This document shows positions 30,140 through 40,110 of a stretch of 64,000 nucleotides of DNA, one piece after another. The notes below the pieces were generated by a model. That model saw only the letters and a program-made list of their open reading frames with translations. It was not told the origin of the DNA and did no database searches. Within the stretch, counting starts at the first letter, position 1. Every line of letters begins with the position of its first letter. The DNA is from an uncultured Nitrososphaeraceae archaeon (GTDB lineage Archaea > Thermoproteota > Nitrososphaeria > Nitrososphaerales > Nitrososphaeraceae). A program made the translations under genes and the position numbers. The stretch is taken from positions 288,001 to 352,000 of the forward strand of contig CAVZZA010000005.1 of NCBI GenBank assembly GCA_963779615.1, in the 5' to 3' direction.

Positions 30140-31153
30140 ATGAATCTAATACCTGCCTATCCAGCCCCAGATTTTAAAGAGATAAAAAAATGGAGTGATG
30201 GTTTAAATTATTCTATTAAAGATTTTAAAGGAAAAGTTATCTTGTTGGATTTTTGGACTTACACATGCATCTATTGTTTGAGGACAATTCCACTTTTAAA
30301 TAAAATAAATACAAAATATAAAGACAAAGGTTTGGTAATATTGCCCATTCACTCAGCAGAATACGAATTTGCAAAAGATGGTGCAAACATAGAAAAAGCA
30401 ATTGTAACTTTAAACTTAAACGGATACTCAATAGGATTTGATACCAAAAATAAGACGTGGGAAAAATATGGGAATTCATACTGGCCAAAACATATTTTCA
30501 TAGACAAAGAAGGATTTGTCAGATATGAACACCCTGGATTCGGTACTTTAAAAGATTTTGAGGAACCCTTATGTGAGTTATTAGACATACCATACAGTCG
30601 TGAATATGTAGATGAAGAAAATGAAAAAGAAGAAAGAGTAGAAGACAATGAAATAACGAAAATATACGGAATGCATTTTATGGGGATGGCGCCAGAAATT
30701 TGTACAGGATATTCAAGAATCAGAAGATTTGGAAATAACCAAAGATTAAAAATTAACGATTATAATATTTTAACAGAACCTAGTACCCTCTTAGATAACA
30801 ATGTGTATTTGAGGGGAAAATGGAGGTGGGATAAAGAAGGGATAAAAGTATCTCTAGATCATAAAGAAAAAAATCCCGCAATAATTTTTAGATATAACAA
30901 GGCAATGAATGTTAACATCATAATAGGATCAGATGACAATAAACCAGCAATAGCAGAAATAAAAATTGATAATGAGTATCTAAATAAAGAAAAACAAGGC
31001 AGCCACATTAAAATGAAAAAAGGAATAAGCTATATTGAAACCACATGGCCCTTCATTTACAACGTGATAAAAACAAAAAAAATGGAGACACACAAAATAG
31101 ACATAATTCCAAGGTCGGACAATTTTTGTTTTTATACGTTTGTGTTTGGATAA
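30140..31153 (+). CDS. DipZ-like redoxin (thioredoxin-fold plus C-terminal beta domain)
   Basis: DFWTYTCIYC, HSAEYEF, NSYWP, C-terminal YTFVFG as in DipZ; no CcdA membrane domain. Confidence 0.82.
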   Translation: MNLIPAYPAPDFKEIKKWSDGLNYSIKDFKGKVILLDFWTYTCIYCLRTIPLLNKINTKYKDKGLVILPIHSAEYEFAKDGANIEKAIVTLNLNGYSIGFDTKNKTWEKYGNSYWPKHIFIDKEGFVRYEHPGFGTLKDFEEPLCELLDIPYSREYVDEENEKEERVEDNEITKIYGMHFMGMAPEICTGYSRIRRFGNNQRLKINDYNILTEPSTLLDNNVYLRGKWRWDKEGIKVSLDHKEKNPAIIFRYNKAMNVNIIIGSDDNKPAIAEIKIDNEYLNKEKQGSHIKMKKGISYIETTWPFIYNVIKTKKMETHKIDIIPRSDNFCFYTFVFG

Positions 31154-31232
31154 AACATTGACAAAATATTTTTATCAACAAATATGAAAAAATAAAAAAA
31201 AATTTTATTTGCTTTTTATTTACAATAAGTGT

Positions 31233-31748
31233 ATGATTGAGTCTAATGGGCATAACAAAGAGAGAGTCAAAGAAGGAGAAAAACCTACCAACTTTGAATT
31301 TTTCGATTTAGATGGGAAAAAACAGGAACTTGACGAGATAATAGGTGAGAAAAAAATAGTCATCTATTTTTATCCAAAAGATTTTACCCCCGGCTGTACG
31401 ATTGAAGCAGAAGAATTTTCTGCAGATTATCAAAAGTTCAAAGAAAACGGAATTGAAATAATCGGTATAAGCCCCGATTCTTATGAGTCACATGTAAAAT
31501 TCAGGGAAAAAATGAGCATTCCATATATGTTAGCATCAGATCAAAATAACTCTATTGCCAAAAAATACGGAGTATATGGACCGAAAAAATTTATGGGTAA
31601 AGAATACCAGGGCGTAAAAAGGTCAACCTTTTTGTTAGATAAAAATGGAATAATAACAAAAATATATGAAAAGGTCAAGCCGGCTGGTCATAGTAAGGAA
31701 ATATTAGAATATTTTAACAAGGGAGGAGAGACACCTCAAGAAGGTTAA
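31233..31748 (+). CDS. bcp: Peroxiredoxin, BCP/PrxQ type
   Basis: YFYPKDFTPGCTIEA, GISPD, RSTFL; start taken at internal ATG. Confidence 0.9.
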   Translation: MIESNGHNKERVKEGEKPTNFEFFDLDGKKQELDEIIGEKKIVIYFYPKDFTPGCTIEAEEFSADYQKFKENGIEIIGISPDSYESHVKFREKMSIPYMLASDQNNSIAKKYGVYGPKKFMGKEYQGVKRSTFLLDKNGIITKIYEKVKPAGHSKEILEYFNKGGETPQEG

Positions 31749-32329
31749 ATTTCTATTCCATATATGGAATATAGGGTTTTATCTATTTTTTCTTCAGCCA
31801 TATCAAAATAATTAAAATAATCTTGTTTTAGTTTAACTTTCTGAATTAGAATCTTATTCAGACTTTCAACACTATTATCATTGCTATTATTGGAAGATTC
31901 TCGATAGTCTAAAATAATTTCAGAGGTTTCTTTCAATAAGGAATTAGATTCTTTTATCCACCCCTCAATGACATTTTGGTCATTGGCACCTATAAGAATT
32001 TTTGAAATACTATGAAAAAATAAAAAGATCAATATTCGTATTTTCTGAAATTTGATTTTATAAAAATTATTATCGTTTAATTTTGGGATATAATTACAAA
32101 TAATATGCTGGTATTCGTCAAAATTTTTGACTATGGTTATAGCTAGCCCTGCTTTAGGGACATTGTTTCTCAATGCCATTACGTCTTTAAAATAAATTAA
32201 TTTTTTTTTATTGTCAAAATCCCTTAATAAAAAAAATCTTGTCGAAATTCCATCATTTTCTAAAAACCTGGAGCAAGGTTTAGGGGATAAAACTACACTG
32301 GAAATAATATCATTTATTAAAACATTCAT
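31745..32329 (-). CDS. Hypothetical protein
   Basis: 194-aa ORF filling the gap, no recognised motif. Confidence 0.55.
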   Translation of the reverse strand: MNVLINDIISSVVLSPKPCSRFLENDGISTRFFLLRDFDNKKKLIYFKDVMALRNNVPKAGLAITIVKNFDEYQHIICNYIPKLNDNNFYKIKFQKIRILIFLFFHSISKILIGANDQNVIEGWIKESNSLLKETSEIILDYRESSNNSNDNSVESLNKILIQKVKLKQDYFNYFDMAEEKIDKTLYSIYGIEI

Positions 32330-32436
32330 TTTAAATCAACTACTTTATAGTTATATTATAAACCTTTAAATCAAACAATAAAAAAAAACCGTTATATTTC
32401 ATTAATTTTTAGTATATTTATTTGAGATCAGAGACA

Positions 32437-32553
32437 ATGTCTATCTGCGACTGCCAATGCCATAAAAAATATGGGGATAAATCAATGTGTCAAAAATGTA
32501 TTGAAAGGCATAAAGCTTCTCCCTATTACAACATTATGAAGAAATACAAATAA
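32437..32553 (+). CDS. Putative 38-aa Cys/His-rich micro-protein (zinc-finger-like)
   Basis: Manual translation MSICDCQCHKKYGDKSMCQKCIERHKASPYYNIMKKYK*; TATA-like TAGTATATTTA ~20 nt upstream. Confidence 0.6.
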   Translation: MSICDCQCHKKYGDKSMCQKCIERHKASPYYNIMKKYK

Positions 32554-32669
32554 TTACATTAAAAATGAAAATATATCTAGATAAATGATAAAACAAAAAA
32601 TAAATTCTGTAAAAGCATTCTTATATAGAACAAAATATTTAACTGACTTGGCTTAAAACACAGAGTATC

Positions 32670-33515
32670 ATGGTAGTTGACAATAAGGCAACGGTGTCGT
32701 ATATCAGCGTTTTAAAGGAGGATCTTGCAATTTATCGTATAAAACCAAGTGAGGGTCAAGTCCCCGATTTTAAACCGGGACAATTTGTGACACTTGGAGT
32801 AAATGTTCCAAGTGAAAAGAAAGTAATCAGAAGAGCATATTCTATTGCATCTCCACCTCAACAAAAAAAATATTTTGAATTAATTATAAGGTGGGTAAAA
32901 AAACCGGTCCCAGGTAGACTCACCACACAAATATTTGATAAAAAAGAAGGAAATGAGATATTTTGGGTCAAACCTACTGGAATTTTTACAATTAATGAAA
33001 AAATGGCTACCGGCGTACCAGATAATAGAAGATTAGTATTGATTGGTGGAGGGACTGGCCTTGCTCCTTTTATTTCATATTCATTGTATTTAAAAGCGAT
33101 TGGAAGCAAACGAGAAATCATAGTTTTACACGGGGCTAGCTATGTTGATGAACTAAGTTATAGAGATTTGTTAACAGAATTAGAGAATGAAAGTATCGAT
33201 AAAGGAAAAGATAACTGGAACTTTCGTTATCGAGCAAGTATAAGTAGGCCTCAAGAATGGTTCAACAGGTCATGGAGTGGACAAAAAGGAAGAGTCGAAA
33301 CATTTCTTAGACCTAATAAGCCAGGTAAAGACAAATCAGTTTTAGAAGAAGTGGTTGGAGAAACAATAACTCCAGAAAATACATCATTTTATGTATGTGG
33401 ATGGCAAGGAACAGTTGATGGTGTTCTAGACACTTTGGTACCTAAAGGATTTGTTACCGAACGGAATAAAAGAAAAGATGGAACATTTGACGTTAAATTT
33501 GAATCGTATGGATAA
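32670..33515 (+). CDS. Ferredoxin--NADP(+) reductase
   Basis: FKPGQF, RRAYSIAS, GRLT, GGTGLAPF, YVCG, terminal FESYG. Confidence 0.9.
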   Translation: MVVDNKATVSYISVLKEDLAIYRIKPSEGQVPDFKPGQFVTLGVNVPSEKKVIRRAYSIASPPQQKKYFELIIRWVKKPVPGRLTTQIFDKKEGNEIFWVKPTGIFTINEKMATGVPDNRRLVLIGGGTGLAPFISYSLYLKAIGSKREIIVLHGASYVDELSYRDLLTELENESIDKGKDNWNFRYRASISRPQEWFNRSWSGQKGRVETFLRPNKPGKDKSVLEEVVGETITPENTSFYVCGWQGTVDGVLDTLVPKGFVTERNKRKDGTFDVKFESYG

Positions 33516-33578
33516 TTCTCTTTTATTTTTTATTTTTATTATAAAGTTTATTTATCCTAATTATAGTGTATAATTTAA

Positions 33579-33920
33579 ATGAAATTTGAATATGAAGAAT
33601 TTGAAACTATAGAAGACGTTTTAATTTATTTGGTTTCTGTTGCGCCATATATGAAACAAATACTCCCAATAAGTTCATACAAAGAGCATGTCTTTTCCAT
33701 GGTGCCAATTACACCCCTTTCAGGAGACGTATTATTAATGATTTACACAAAGGGCAATCTAGATCGTGGCATGTATGAATTTGACATATCTACAAAAAAA
33801 CACAAGTTAGTAGCAGCAATGGAAAGAGCAGACAAAAACTATTTCATAGTAATAACCCCCAAAAAGGACACACTAGCAGATGCAGCTTTAAATGAATTAA
33901 CTAAGCTGCAGCAGCAGTAG
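33579..33920 (+). CDS. Hypothetical protein
   Basis: 113-aa ORF with coding-like composition and an upstream TTTATTTA box. Confidence 0.7.
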   Translation: MKFEYEEFETIEDVLIYLVSVAPYMKQILPISSYKEHVFSMVPITPLSGDVLLMIYTKGNLDRGMYEFDISTKKHKLVAAMERADKNYFIVITPKKDTLADAALNELTKLQQQ

Positions 33921-34026
33921 TAACAACAATAAAAAAGCAATCTATACCCACCCTTATTTTAGGATACTAATTTTATTATTAAAAATTGAAGAATGAGGTT
34001 AGAAATTTATGAGGAACAACAAATTG

Positions 34027-35601
34027 TCATAGCTTGGGTGGCAGCGGTGCTGTAACAGAGCGATTTTTTACGTATTTTGCTACGACATCTTCTGCAAGTT
34101 TGCCGTCAAAAAGACCTTTAGACAAACCCCTTAAATATTTCATAATGGCCCATGTGCCTGCTTTTATCAACATAGCCATAAATATTTTCATCGCAGGTCC
34201 ATATGATTTATTTCTAATAATTATCGGAATTATATTATCAATGACTTTGAGATTATGTTGCCAACATGTCCAGAAAAGTGCAAATTGTGATTCATTAAGA
34301 TTTCCAAAATGCATCGAATTTTTCTCTGAGAAATCCTGATATAACAAGGGTGCCACCAGTCCCCTCATATTCATTTGTTTAAAATCTTGTATCAAATCAA
34401 TAGTATATTGTGTTTCATCAGGGGTTTCATCAGGCCATCCAATAATCAATGTCAGTGCAGGAAACCAATGGTTGTTGTTTAGTATTTTACAACCCTCTCT
34501 TACAACTGAGCCCCATTCTTCAGGTTGAAATGGTTTTGTTTTAACACCCAGGTGTTTTTTTACCATTCTTGGCGCAACAGTTTCTACGCCCAAATTAGTT
34601 GCAAGCCATCGGCCATTATTCTCCATATCATTAACCAAGGATATTTTTTTAATTAAATCAGGAGATGAAGCAACAGCTGATAAGGTCATATGAGTCGTGC
34701 CAATAAAATTGGCGCCAATAGACTTTAACCCTTTCCAAACATCTAGTATTGCGTCCTGATTTGGAATAAAATCTTTATTATCGCATCCATACAACAGCAT
34801 CTCATCAGATTGAAGCCAAATAGAATCAAATCCATATTTAATATTTATTTTAGCTTCTTCTTGGAGCCGCGGCAAAGGAATGTCCTTTTTAGAACGTTTA
34901 TTTACATCACAAAAGTCACACCCCCTTCCACAGCCACGCATAGCTTCAATTAAAGAATTTATTGTTGGGCCTTGTATCGTGGGTATGTTTTCAATGTTTC
35001 TAACAAAAGTATGCAACAGTTCAGGGGCATCACCCGCTTCTAAATCATGGAAAAGGTCAAGTGCGAGTTCATCAGCTTCTCCAATAACAACTGTATCAAT
35101 TCCATGAATTTTCATTCTTTCAGGCTTTGCCAATTCCCAAGAACCATTACCTCCAACTACGACCTTAAAATCATATTTTTTCTTTAACTGTATGATGGAA
35201 GCACACATTTTTTTAAATTTCATTGCCACATAAGACAATTTTTCAGGAGACATTGTGGTAGTAACAGGAGCCATACCTAATGGATCCATAACGTTAATAC
35301 CCACTACTTTTGTATCAGGACCTATACATTTATCCAACATTTCAGGATGAGCAAGAAAAATATCATTTCGTGGATATTCCTGAAGCAGGGCGCTTTCAAT
35401 TCTTCGAAGTCCACATTGAGCAACTTTTATCTCTCCTGTATCTTTCTTAGTCTCTACACTAGGACAAAAAAGTTTATCAAAAACAAATTCCGGAACAAGT
35501 TCATAAGGACCGCATGCAATAAAGCCATAAAGGAAATTTCCTCTGTAATTTGTCATTAAACTACGATCAGCAGTTAAAACAATTCTTTTGCCCGATACCA
35601 A
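34027..35601 (-). CDS. Radical SAM enzyme with B12-binding-like domain, Grs (GDGT ring synthase)-like
   Basis: RGCGRGCDFC; N-terminal IVLTADRSLMTNY...GLRRIES...DPLGMAPV resembles the archaeal Grs family as recalled; TTG start at 35601. Confidence 0.8.
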   Translation of the reverse strand: MVSGKRIVLTADRSLMTNYRGNFLYGFIACGPYELVPEFVFDKLFCPSVETKKDTGEIKVAQCGLRRIESALLQEYPRNDIFLAHPEMLDKCIGPDTKVVGINVMDPLGMAPVTTTMSPEKLSYVAMKFKKMCASIIQLKKKYDFKVVVGGNGSWELAKPERMKIHGIDTVVIGEADELALDLFHDLEAGDAPELLHTFVRNIENIPTIQGPTINSLIEAMRGCGRGCDFCDVNKRSKKDIPLPRLQEEAKINIKYGFDSIWLQSDEMLLYGCDNKDFIPNQDAILDVWKGLKSIGANFIGTTHMTLSAVASSPDLIKKISLVNDMENNGRWLATNLGVETVAPRMVKKHLGVKTKPFQPEEWGSVVREGCKILNNNHWFPALTLIIGWPDETPDETQYTIDLIQDFKQMNMRGLVAPLLYQDFSEKNSMHFGNLNESQFALFWTCWQHNLKVIDNIIPIIIRNKSYGPAMKIFMAMLIKAGTWAIMKYLRGLSKGLFDGKLAEDVVAKYVKNRSVTAPLPPKL

Positions 35602-36381
35602 TTTTAATCTATATCCTATAATAACTATTATTAGAGAGTATAAAATTATTTTCATAGGGTTTAGGTTCAATTAACAATTAAAACTTCTTTTCCTTTTGGA
35701 TATTATCCTTCTTAATTTAAGACCTAAAAAAATATAATTGGAGCATAACCAAAATATTCTCCAGGAAGGAGCTTCGCTTTTTTAAGGTTCATGAAATAGG
35801 GCATATCTTTAACCCATGTACTACTTCTTAAGTGAACTGATAATTAGATTTAATGTATTGTCCGGTAAAACAGACATATAGTATGATGTTTGCTTTATCA
35901 CACAAAAACAATATGTTTTATGTTGCTTTCCACTCAAAAAGATAACAACACATGCAAATTTTTTAATGCCAATCAGCATCCATGTTTTTAGGGCTAGTTC
36001 ATTAAGCCAGTCATTCAAAAACAGGAAAAGCAAAACAACTGGGCTGTTTTGTTAAATTATTATTATCAATCAATACAAAATCACCATATTTTGTTTGAAA
36101 CCATCAAGGGCATTTAATGAAGGTATTTTCTCAGGGGAACAAAACCAAGAAAATTTTTGATAGTTTTTTCTTATTAAAAATATGACCATGATAATAGATC
36201 TCTTGCATAATTAGGCATACAAACACCTTTCCATATGTCATGTGCGTTTGCCATCTGATAATTTGGTTCATTATCCTATAGTTAGCCAGACCTGATACTA
36301 TACCAAATAGCATAATTAAACAAACAATTATTTTTGATATGTTTATAGCTAGGCAGATTACATTAACATCCTGTATAGCCC

Positions 36382-36858
36382 TTGTCACTTACCAAAACAT
36401 CGTTTGAAAAGATCTATAGGGATGAAGAGGATGCAAAGACAAAGGAAAGGGTGCTGCTTGTTCTTAATGTAGTTTATCAAGGCAAGATATCTGCTCATGT
36501 GGCCACAGATCTGCATAGAAATAGAGCATGGGCTTGTGTTTGGTTAAAAAGATACGAGAAAGAAGGTTTAGAGGGATTAAAGAATAAGCCAAGAACAGGC
36601 AGACCATCGGAGTTATCGGAAGAAAATGCCTGCAGCATAAAAACGACGCTAAAAGAAAGCAATCATGGTTGGGCCACAAAACAAGTAGAAGAGTTAATCA
36701 TAAAGAAAAGCGGCATAAAATATCATTATACTCACATATACCGCATACTTCGCAAGTGGGGTTTCAAACAAAAGGTACAAGAAAAATGCATGTTAATACA
36801 GCATCCAAAGAGGAGAAAGAGGCTTTCAAAAAAAGACCGAACAGATATTTGTGGATAA
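36382..36858 (+). CDS. IS630 transposase N-terminal HTH part (frameshifted near 36778)
   Basis: WLKRYEKEGLEGLKNKPRTGRP, IYRILRKWGF; the expected continuation (HVNTASKEEKEAFKK) is in another frame. Confidence 0.8.
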   Translation: MSLTKTSFEKIYRDEEDAKTKERVLLVLNVVYQGKISAHVATDLHRNRAWACVWLKRYEKEGLEGLKNKPRTGRPSELSEENACSIKTTLKESNHGWATKQVEELIIKKSGIKYHYTHIYRILRKWGFKQKVQEKCMLIQHPKRRKRLSKKDRTDICG

Positions 36859-37399
36859 GCAGCAAGAGCAAAAGCAGCAGCAGGAAAGTTTCACCATAAT
36901 ATCTACGGACGAATCATTCTTTTTTCATGATTCTCTTATTAGAAGGGTTTGGACAGATGAAAGCAAAAGACCCATAGCAAGAGTAACAGGCTCGCACAAG
37001 CACTCATGCATTTTTGGGGCCATAAGCATGGAAGGAAATCATCTATTCAGACAGCATGACAAATTCAATGGTGATACATTTCTTGACTATCTAAAGAAAA
37101 TACATGCCAAATTTCCAAAATGCTATCTGTTCATGGACAAGGCATCACCTCATTACAGATCAAATAAGGTGTTAAAGTATTTTGAAGAAAATAGAGATAC
37201 CCTAATCCCTGTCTATCTTCCTACTGCATCACCAGAGTTTATGGTTATGGAACATGTATGGAACATGGCCAAACGAGACCTGCTTGTCCTAAAATACTAT
37301 CCATCGTTTGCAGATTTTAAAAACAGGATATCTAGATATTTCAGAACAAAAAGGTTTAATCTTAATACGAGGAACTATCTATTAAGAGACGTTTGGTAA
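36851..37399 (+). CDS. IS630 transposase catalytic DDE part
   Basis: STDES, FMDKASPH, LPTASPEFMVMEHVW; reachable by -1 slip at AAAAAAAG (36828-36835). Confidence 0.85.
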   Translation: MDKQQEQKQQQESFTIISTDESFFFHDSLIRRVWTDESKRPIARVTGSHKHSCIFGAISMEGNHLFRQHDKFNGDTFLDYLKKIHAKFPKCYLFMDKASPHYRSNKVLKYFEENRDTLIPVYLPTASPEFMVMEHVWNMAKRDLLVLKYYPSFADFKNRISRYFRTKRFNLNTRNYLLRDVW

Positions 37400-37499
37400 C
37401 TTATGCTAAATGGTATATATCCGATTTGAGTCGCTGGTTAAAGTGTTTACCAATACCTCAAAACATGCACAGAACAACAAAAAGGCTGCGCACACCGGA

Positions 37500-37978
37500 A
37501 GAGGTTGAAAAAATGTTTCAGGCTTTCTGTCCTTCATAAACTGCACAGAACAGCAGATACCAAGGCCTAAGAAAAAAAAGAAGAAATATGCATTATTCTG
37601 GAAAGAAGGAAAGGCATGCCGTAAAGACAGCTCATGATTAACAACCAGTGCGTCATCATCTATACAGAAAACAAGAAAGGAAAAAGGCATGGCTATGACA
37701 TCTATAAAAAGAATCATCCCACAACCCCAAAAGAAGTGATAAATGTGTTTGACCTTGGGTATCTTGGGGTTGAGGAAGACTTTTCTGACCAAAAGTCGCC
37801 CATACCGAACAGAAAGAAGAGAAGCCAAAAAGATTTGGCTAAAGGGGAAAAAGAGTGCAACCAGAACCACTCTAGAAAGAGAATGGCGATAGAGCACACC
37901 ATTTGCATGATGAAAAAGTACAGGATAATTATCGAGAAAGTCTTCAGAAACAGGTTGAGAAAGTACAACTGGGTATAG
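37500..37978 (+). pseudogene. IS5-like transposase remnant
   Basis: Fragmented DDE_Tnp_4-like motifs across several frames. Confidence 0.75.
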
Positions 37979-38232
37979 GATATAGTACCTGGACTGGTAT
38001 ACTACAGAATATTGGCATCATCTTTTTAGAAGAATTCAGTCATAGCCATACTGAATAGAGCATACTGTTTCCAGTTATGCAAGAGATCTAATGAATACTG
38101 TACTTCTTTCTTTTTCCCATTTATCCATACTTTTAGAATACACGATATGAAATTATTGTAAAATATCTTTTTTACACAAGAATTTTACAAATAGTTTTAA
38201 GGATCTAATTTTTCATAATAAAATGATTACTA

Positions 38233-39693
38233 ATGAGTGCTTATGATGATATAGTTCAACTTGCCTTAGAAAGAGGATTCTATTTTCCAAGCTGTGAACT
38301 TTATTCTGATTCTAGTGCCGGATTTTGGGAATATGGGCCTAACGGCGTTAAAATTAAAAATAAATTCCTTGATCTGTGGAGAAGAGAATTGGTAAGAAGG
38401 GATGGTATGTTGGAAATAGACGGCACTCAAATAATGAGTAAAAATGTTTTTTTAGCATCAGGACACCTTAAAAATTTTTCTGATCCTGTGTTAAAATGTA
38501 GAAAATGCAACAGCTCATTCAGGGCAGACAAATTGATACAGGACGAAGTTAAAATGGAGGTGTCAGAAAGGCTGCAAAATGAAAAGGTAGATCTAATTAT
38601 TAAAGAAAATAATATAAAATGTCCCAATTGCAATGGGGACTTTTATACATCAGAAAGATTCAATATGATGTTCAAAGTAGAAATTGGACCTAATCATGAC
38701 GAGGCATATTTAAGACCCGAAACCTGTCAATCGATTTTTGTTGATTTTCCAAGAATATTCAAAATTAGTCGTGGAAAGTTGCCACTAGGAATAGCACAAA
38801 TAGGTAAAAGTTTTAGAAACGAAATTTCTCCACGACAAGGTTTATTACGACTTAGAGAATTTTATCAAGCTGAAATTGAGATTTTTTGTAATCCCCAAAA
38901 ACTGGATGATTTGCAAAAATTTGAAAATCTGAAAGATACTATTTTACGAATATATGACAAACAAATGATGGAGATTACGGCTATTGAAGCATTAGAAAAA
39001 AAAATTCTCCCGAATAAACTTGTGGCATATTACCTATCCTTATTGGTGAATTTTTTTGATAAAACAGGCATTTCGAATAAAAGAACGAGACTTAGACGAC
39101 TGTCAGATGAAGAAAAGGCATTTTATTCCAGTGTTGCTTTTGATTTTGAAGTAGATACTTCCTTTGGTTGGTTGGAGCTTGTGGCATGTAATTATCGTTC
39201 AGATTATGACTTGCTATCCCATTCGATAACAAGTAAAACAAACCTCCATGTAATGGATGATGAAACAAAAGTTTTACCACATGTATTTGAGTTATCTTTA
39301 GGAGTGGATAGATGCATATATTCAATTTTGGAACACTCGTATTTTATAGACAAAGAAAAAGATGATCGGGTGTTACTCAAGTTAAAACCATATTTATCCC
39401 CCATTCTGGCCGGTATTTTGCCTCTTTTAAAAAAGGATGAATTTAAAAATAAATCTCAATTGTTGTTATCTTCAATAAATAAGGATTTTGATGTTTTCTA
39501 TGACGAATCCGGTTCCATAGGCAGACGCTATCGTCGATTAGAAGAAATAGGAACACCATTTGCATTTACTATCGATCATCAAACAATAGAAGACAATACT
39601 GTTACAATCCGATACAGAGATTCAATGAACCAAGAAAGAATTAAAATTTCTGACGTCCATTCTTTTCTAACCAAAAGTCTTTATATCGACTAA
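38233..39693 (+). CDS. glyS: Glycyl-tRNA synthetase (alpha2 type)
   Basis: YLRPETCQSIF, GKSFRNEISPRQGLLRLREF, ELSLGVDR, SGSIGRRYRR. Confidence 0.95.
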   Translation: MSAYDDIVQLALERGFYFPSCELYSDSSAGFWEYGPNGVKIKNKFLDLWRRELVRRDGMLEIDGTQIMSKNVFLASGHLKNFSDPVLKCRKCNSSFRADKLIQDEVKMEVSERLQNEKVDLIIKENNIKCPNCNGDFYTSERFNMMFKVEIGPNHDEAYLRPETCQSIFVDFPRIFKISRGKLPLGIAQIGKSFRNEISPRQGLLRLREFYQAEIEIFCNPQKLDDLQKFENLKDTILRIYDKQMMEITAIEALEKKILPNKLVAYYLSLLVNFFDKTGISNKRTRLRRLSDEEKAFYSSVAFDFEVDTSFGWLELVACNYRSDYDLLSHSITSKTNLHVMDDETKVLPHVFELSLGVDRCIYSILEHSYFIDKEKDDRVLLKLKPYLSPILAGILPLLKKDEFKNKSQLLLSSINKDFDVFYDESGSIGRRYRRLEEIGTPFAFTIDHQTIEDNTVTIRYRDSMNQERIKISDVHSFLTKSLYID

Positions 39694-39712
39694 CAAGTCC
39701 TAGTCAAAAAGG

Positions 39713-40018
39713 TTACCAATAGGCGCTTTCACTTCCATAATTTTTCATCTTATCCTCATCCAAATCCATATTCTGTTGCCTTTTTTTTAATGAATTTATG
39801 TAATTATTTATATTTTCTTCATCCCTAAATACACCTTCTTTTGCAATTACTGAAGGAGCTTTTGTAGTAGGCAATTCACCACAACAGCTTTCTTCAAATT
39901 TTTTTACATGGTATTCTACAAAGTCGACTTTATTTTCGTTTAATATTTTTTTAATTCTTTGGGAATTAAAAGAATCATCCACTATCAATATCGGTTTCCT
40001 TTTTATCATATCCCACAT
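39713..40018 (-). CDS. Hypothetical protein (possible glutaredoxin-like fold)
   Basis: 101-aa ORF; ESCCGELPTTKAPSV. Confidence 0.6.
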   Translation of the reverse strand: MWDMIKRKPILIVDDSFNSQRIKKILNENKVDFVEYHVKKFEESCCGELPTTKAPSVIAKEGVFRDEENINNYINSLKKRQQNMDLDEDKMKNYGSESAYW

Positions 40019-40110
40019 TAATCTAGATTGAATCCATTATAAACATAATTTTATGGATTGTTTAAAAGAAAACTAAAAATAATTTTAATTATAAAAATAA
40101 TCAAAAACTA

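Larger units (their letters stand above)
36308..37408 (+). mobile_element. IS630-family insertion sequence
   Basis: TA at both ends, imperfect IR TAGCATAATTAAACAAAC / GTTTGGTAACTTATGCTA, HTH and DDE reading frames. Confidence 0.88.
36195..38090 (+). mobile_element. Degenerate IS5-like (DDE_Tnp_4-type) element interrupted by an IS630
   Basis: Perfect 16-bp terminal IR TAGATCTCTTGCATAA (36195-36210 / 38075-38090); transposase fragments TEQQIPRP, DLGYLGV, RMAIEHTI. Confidence 0.8.

Noticed and set aside
35821-36388. Minus-strand ORFs 35821-36033 and 36131-36388
   Set aside because: No motifs, and the second crosses IS boundaries
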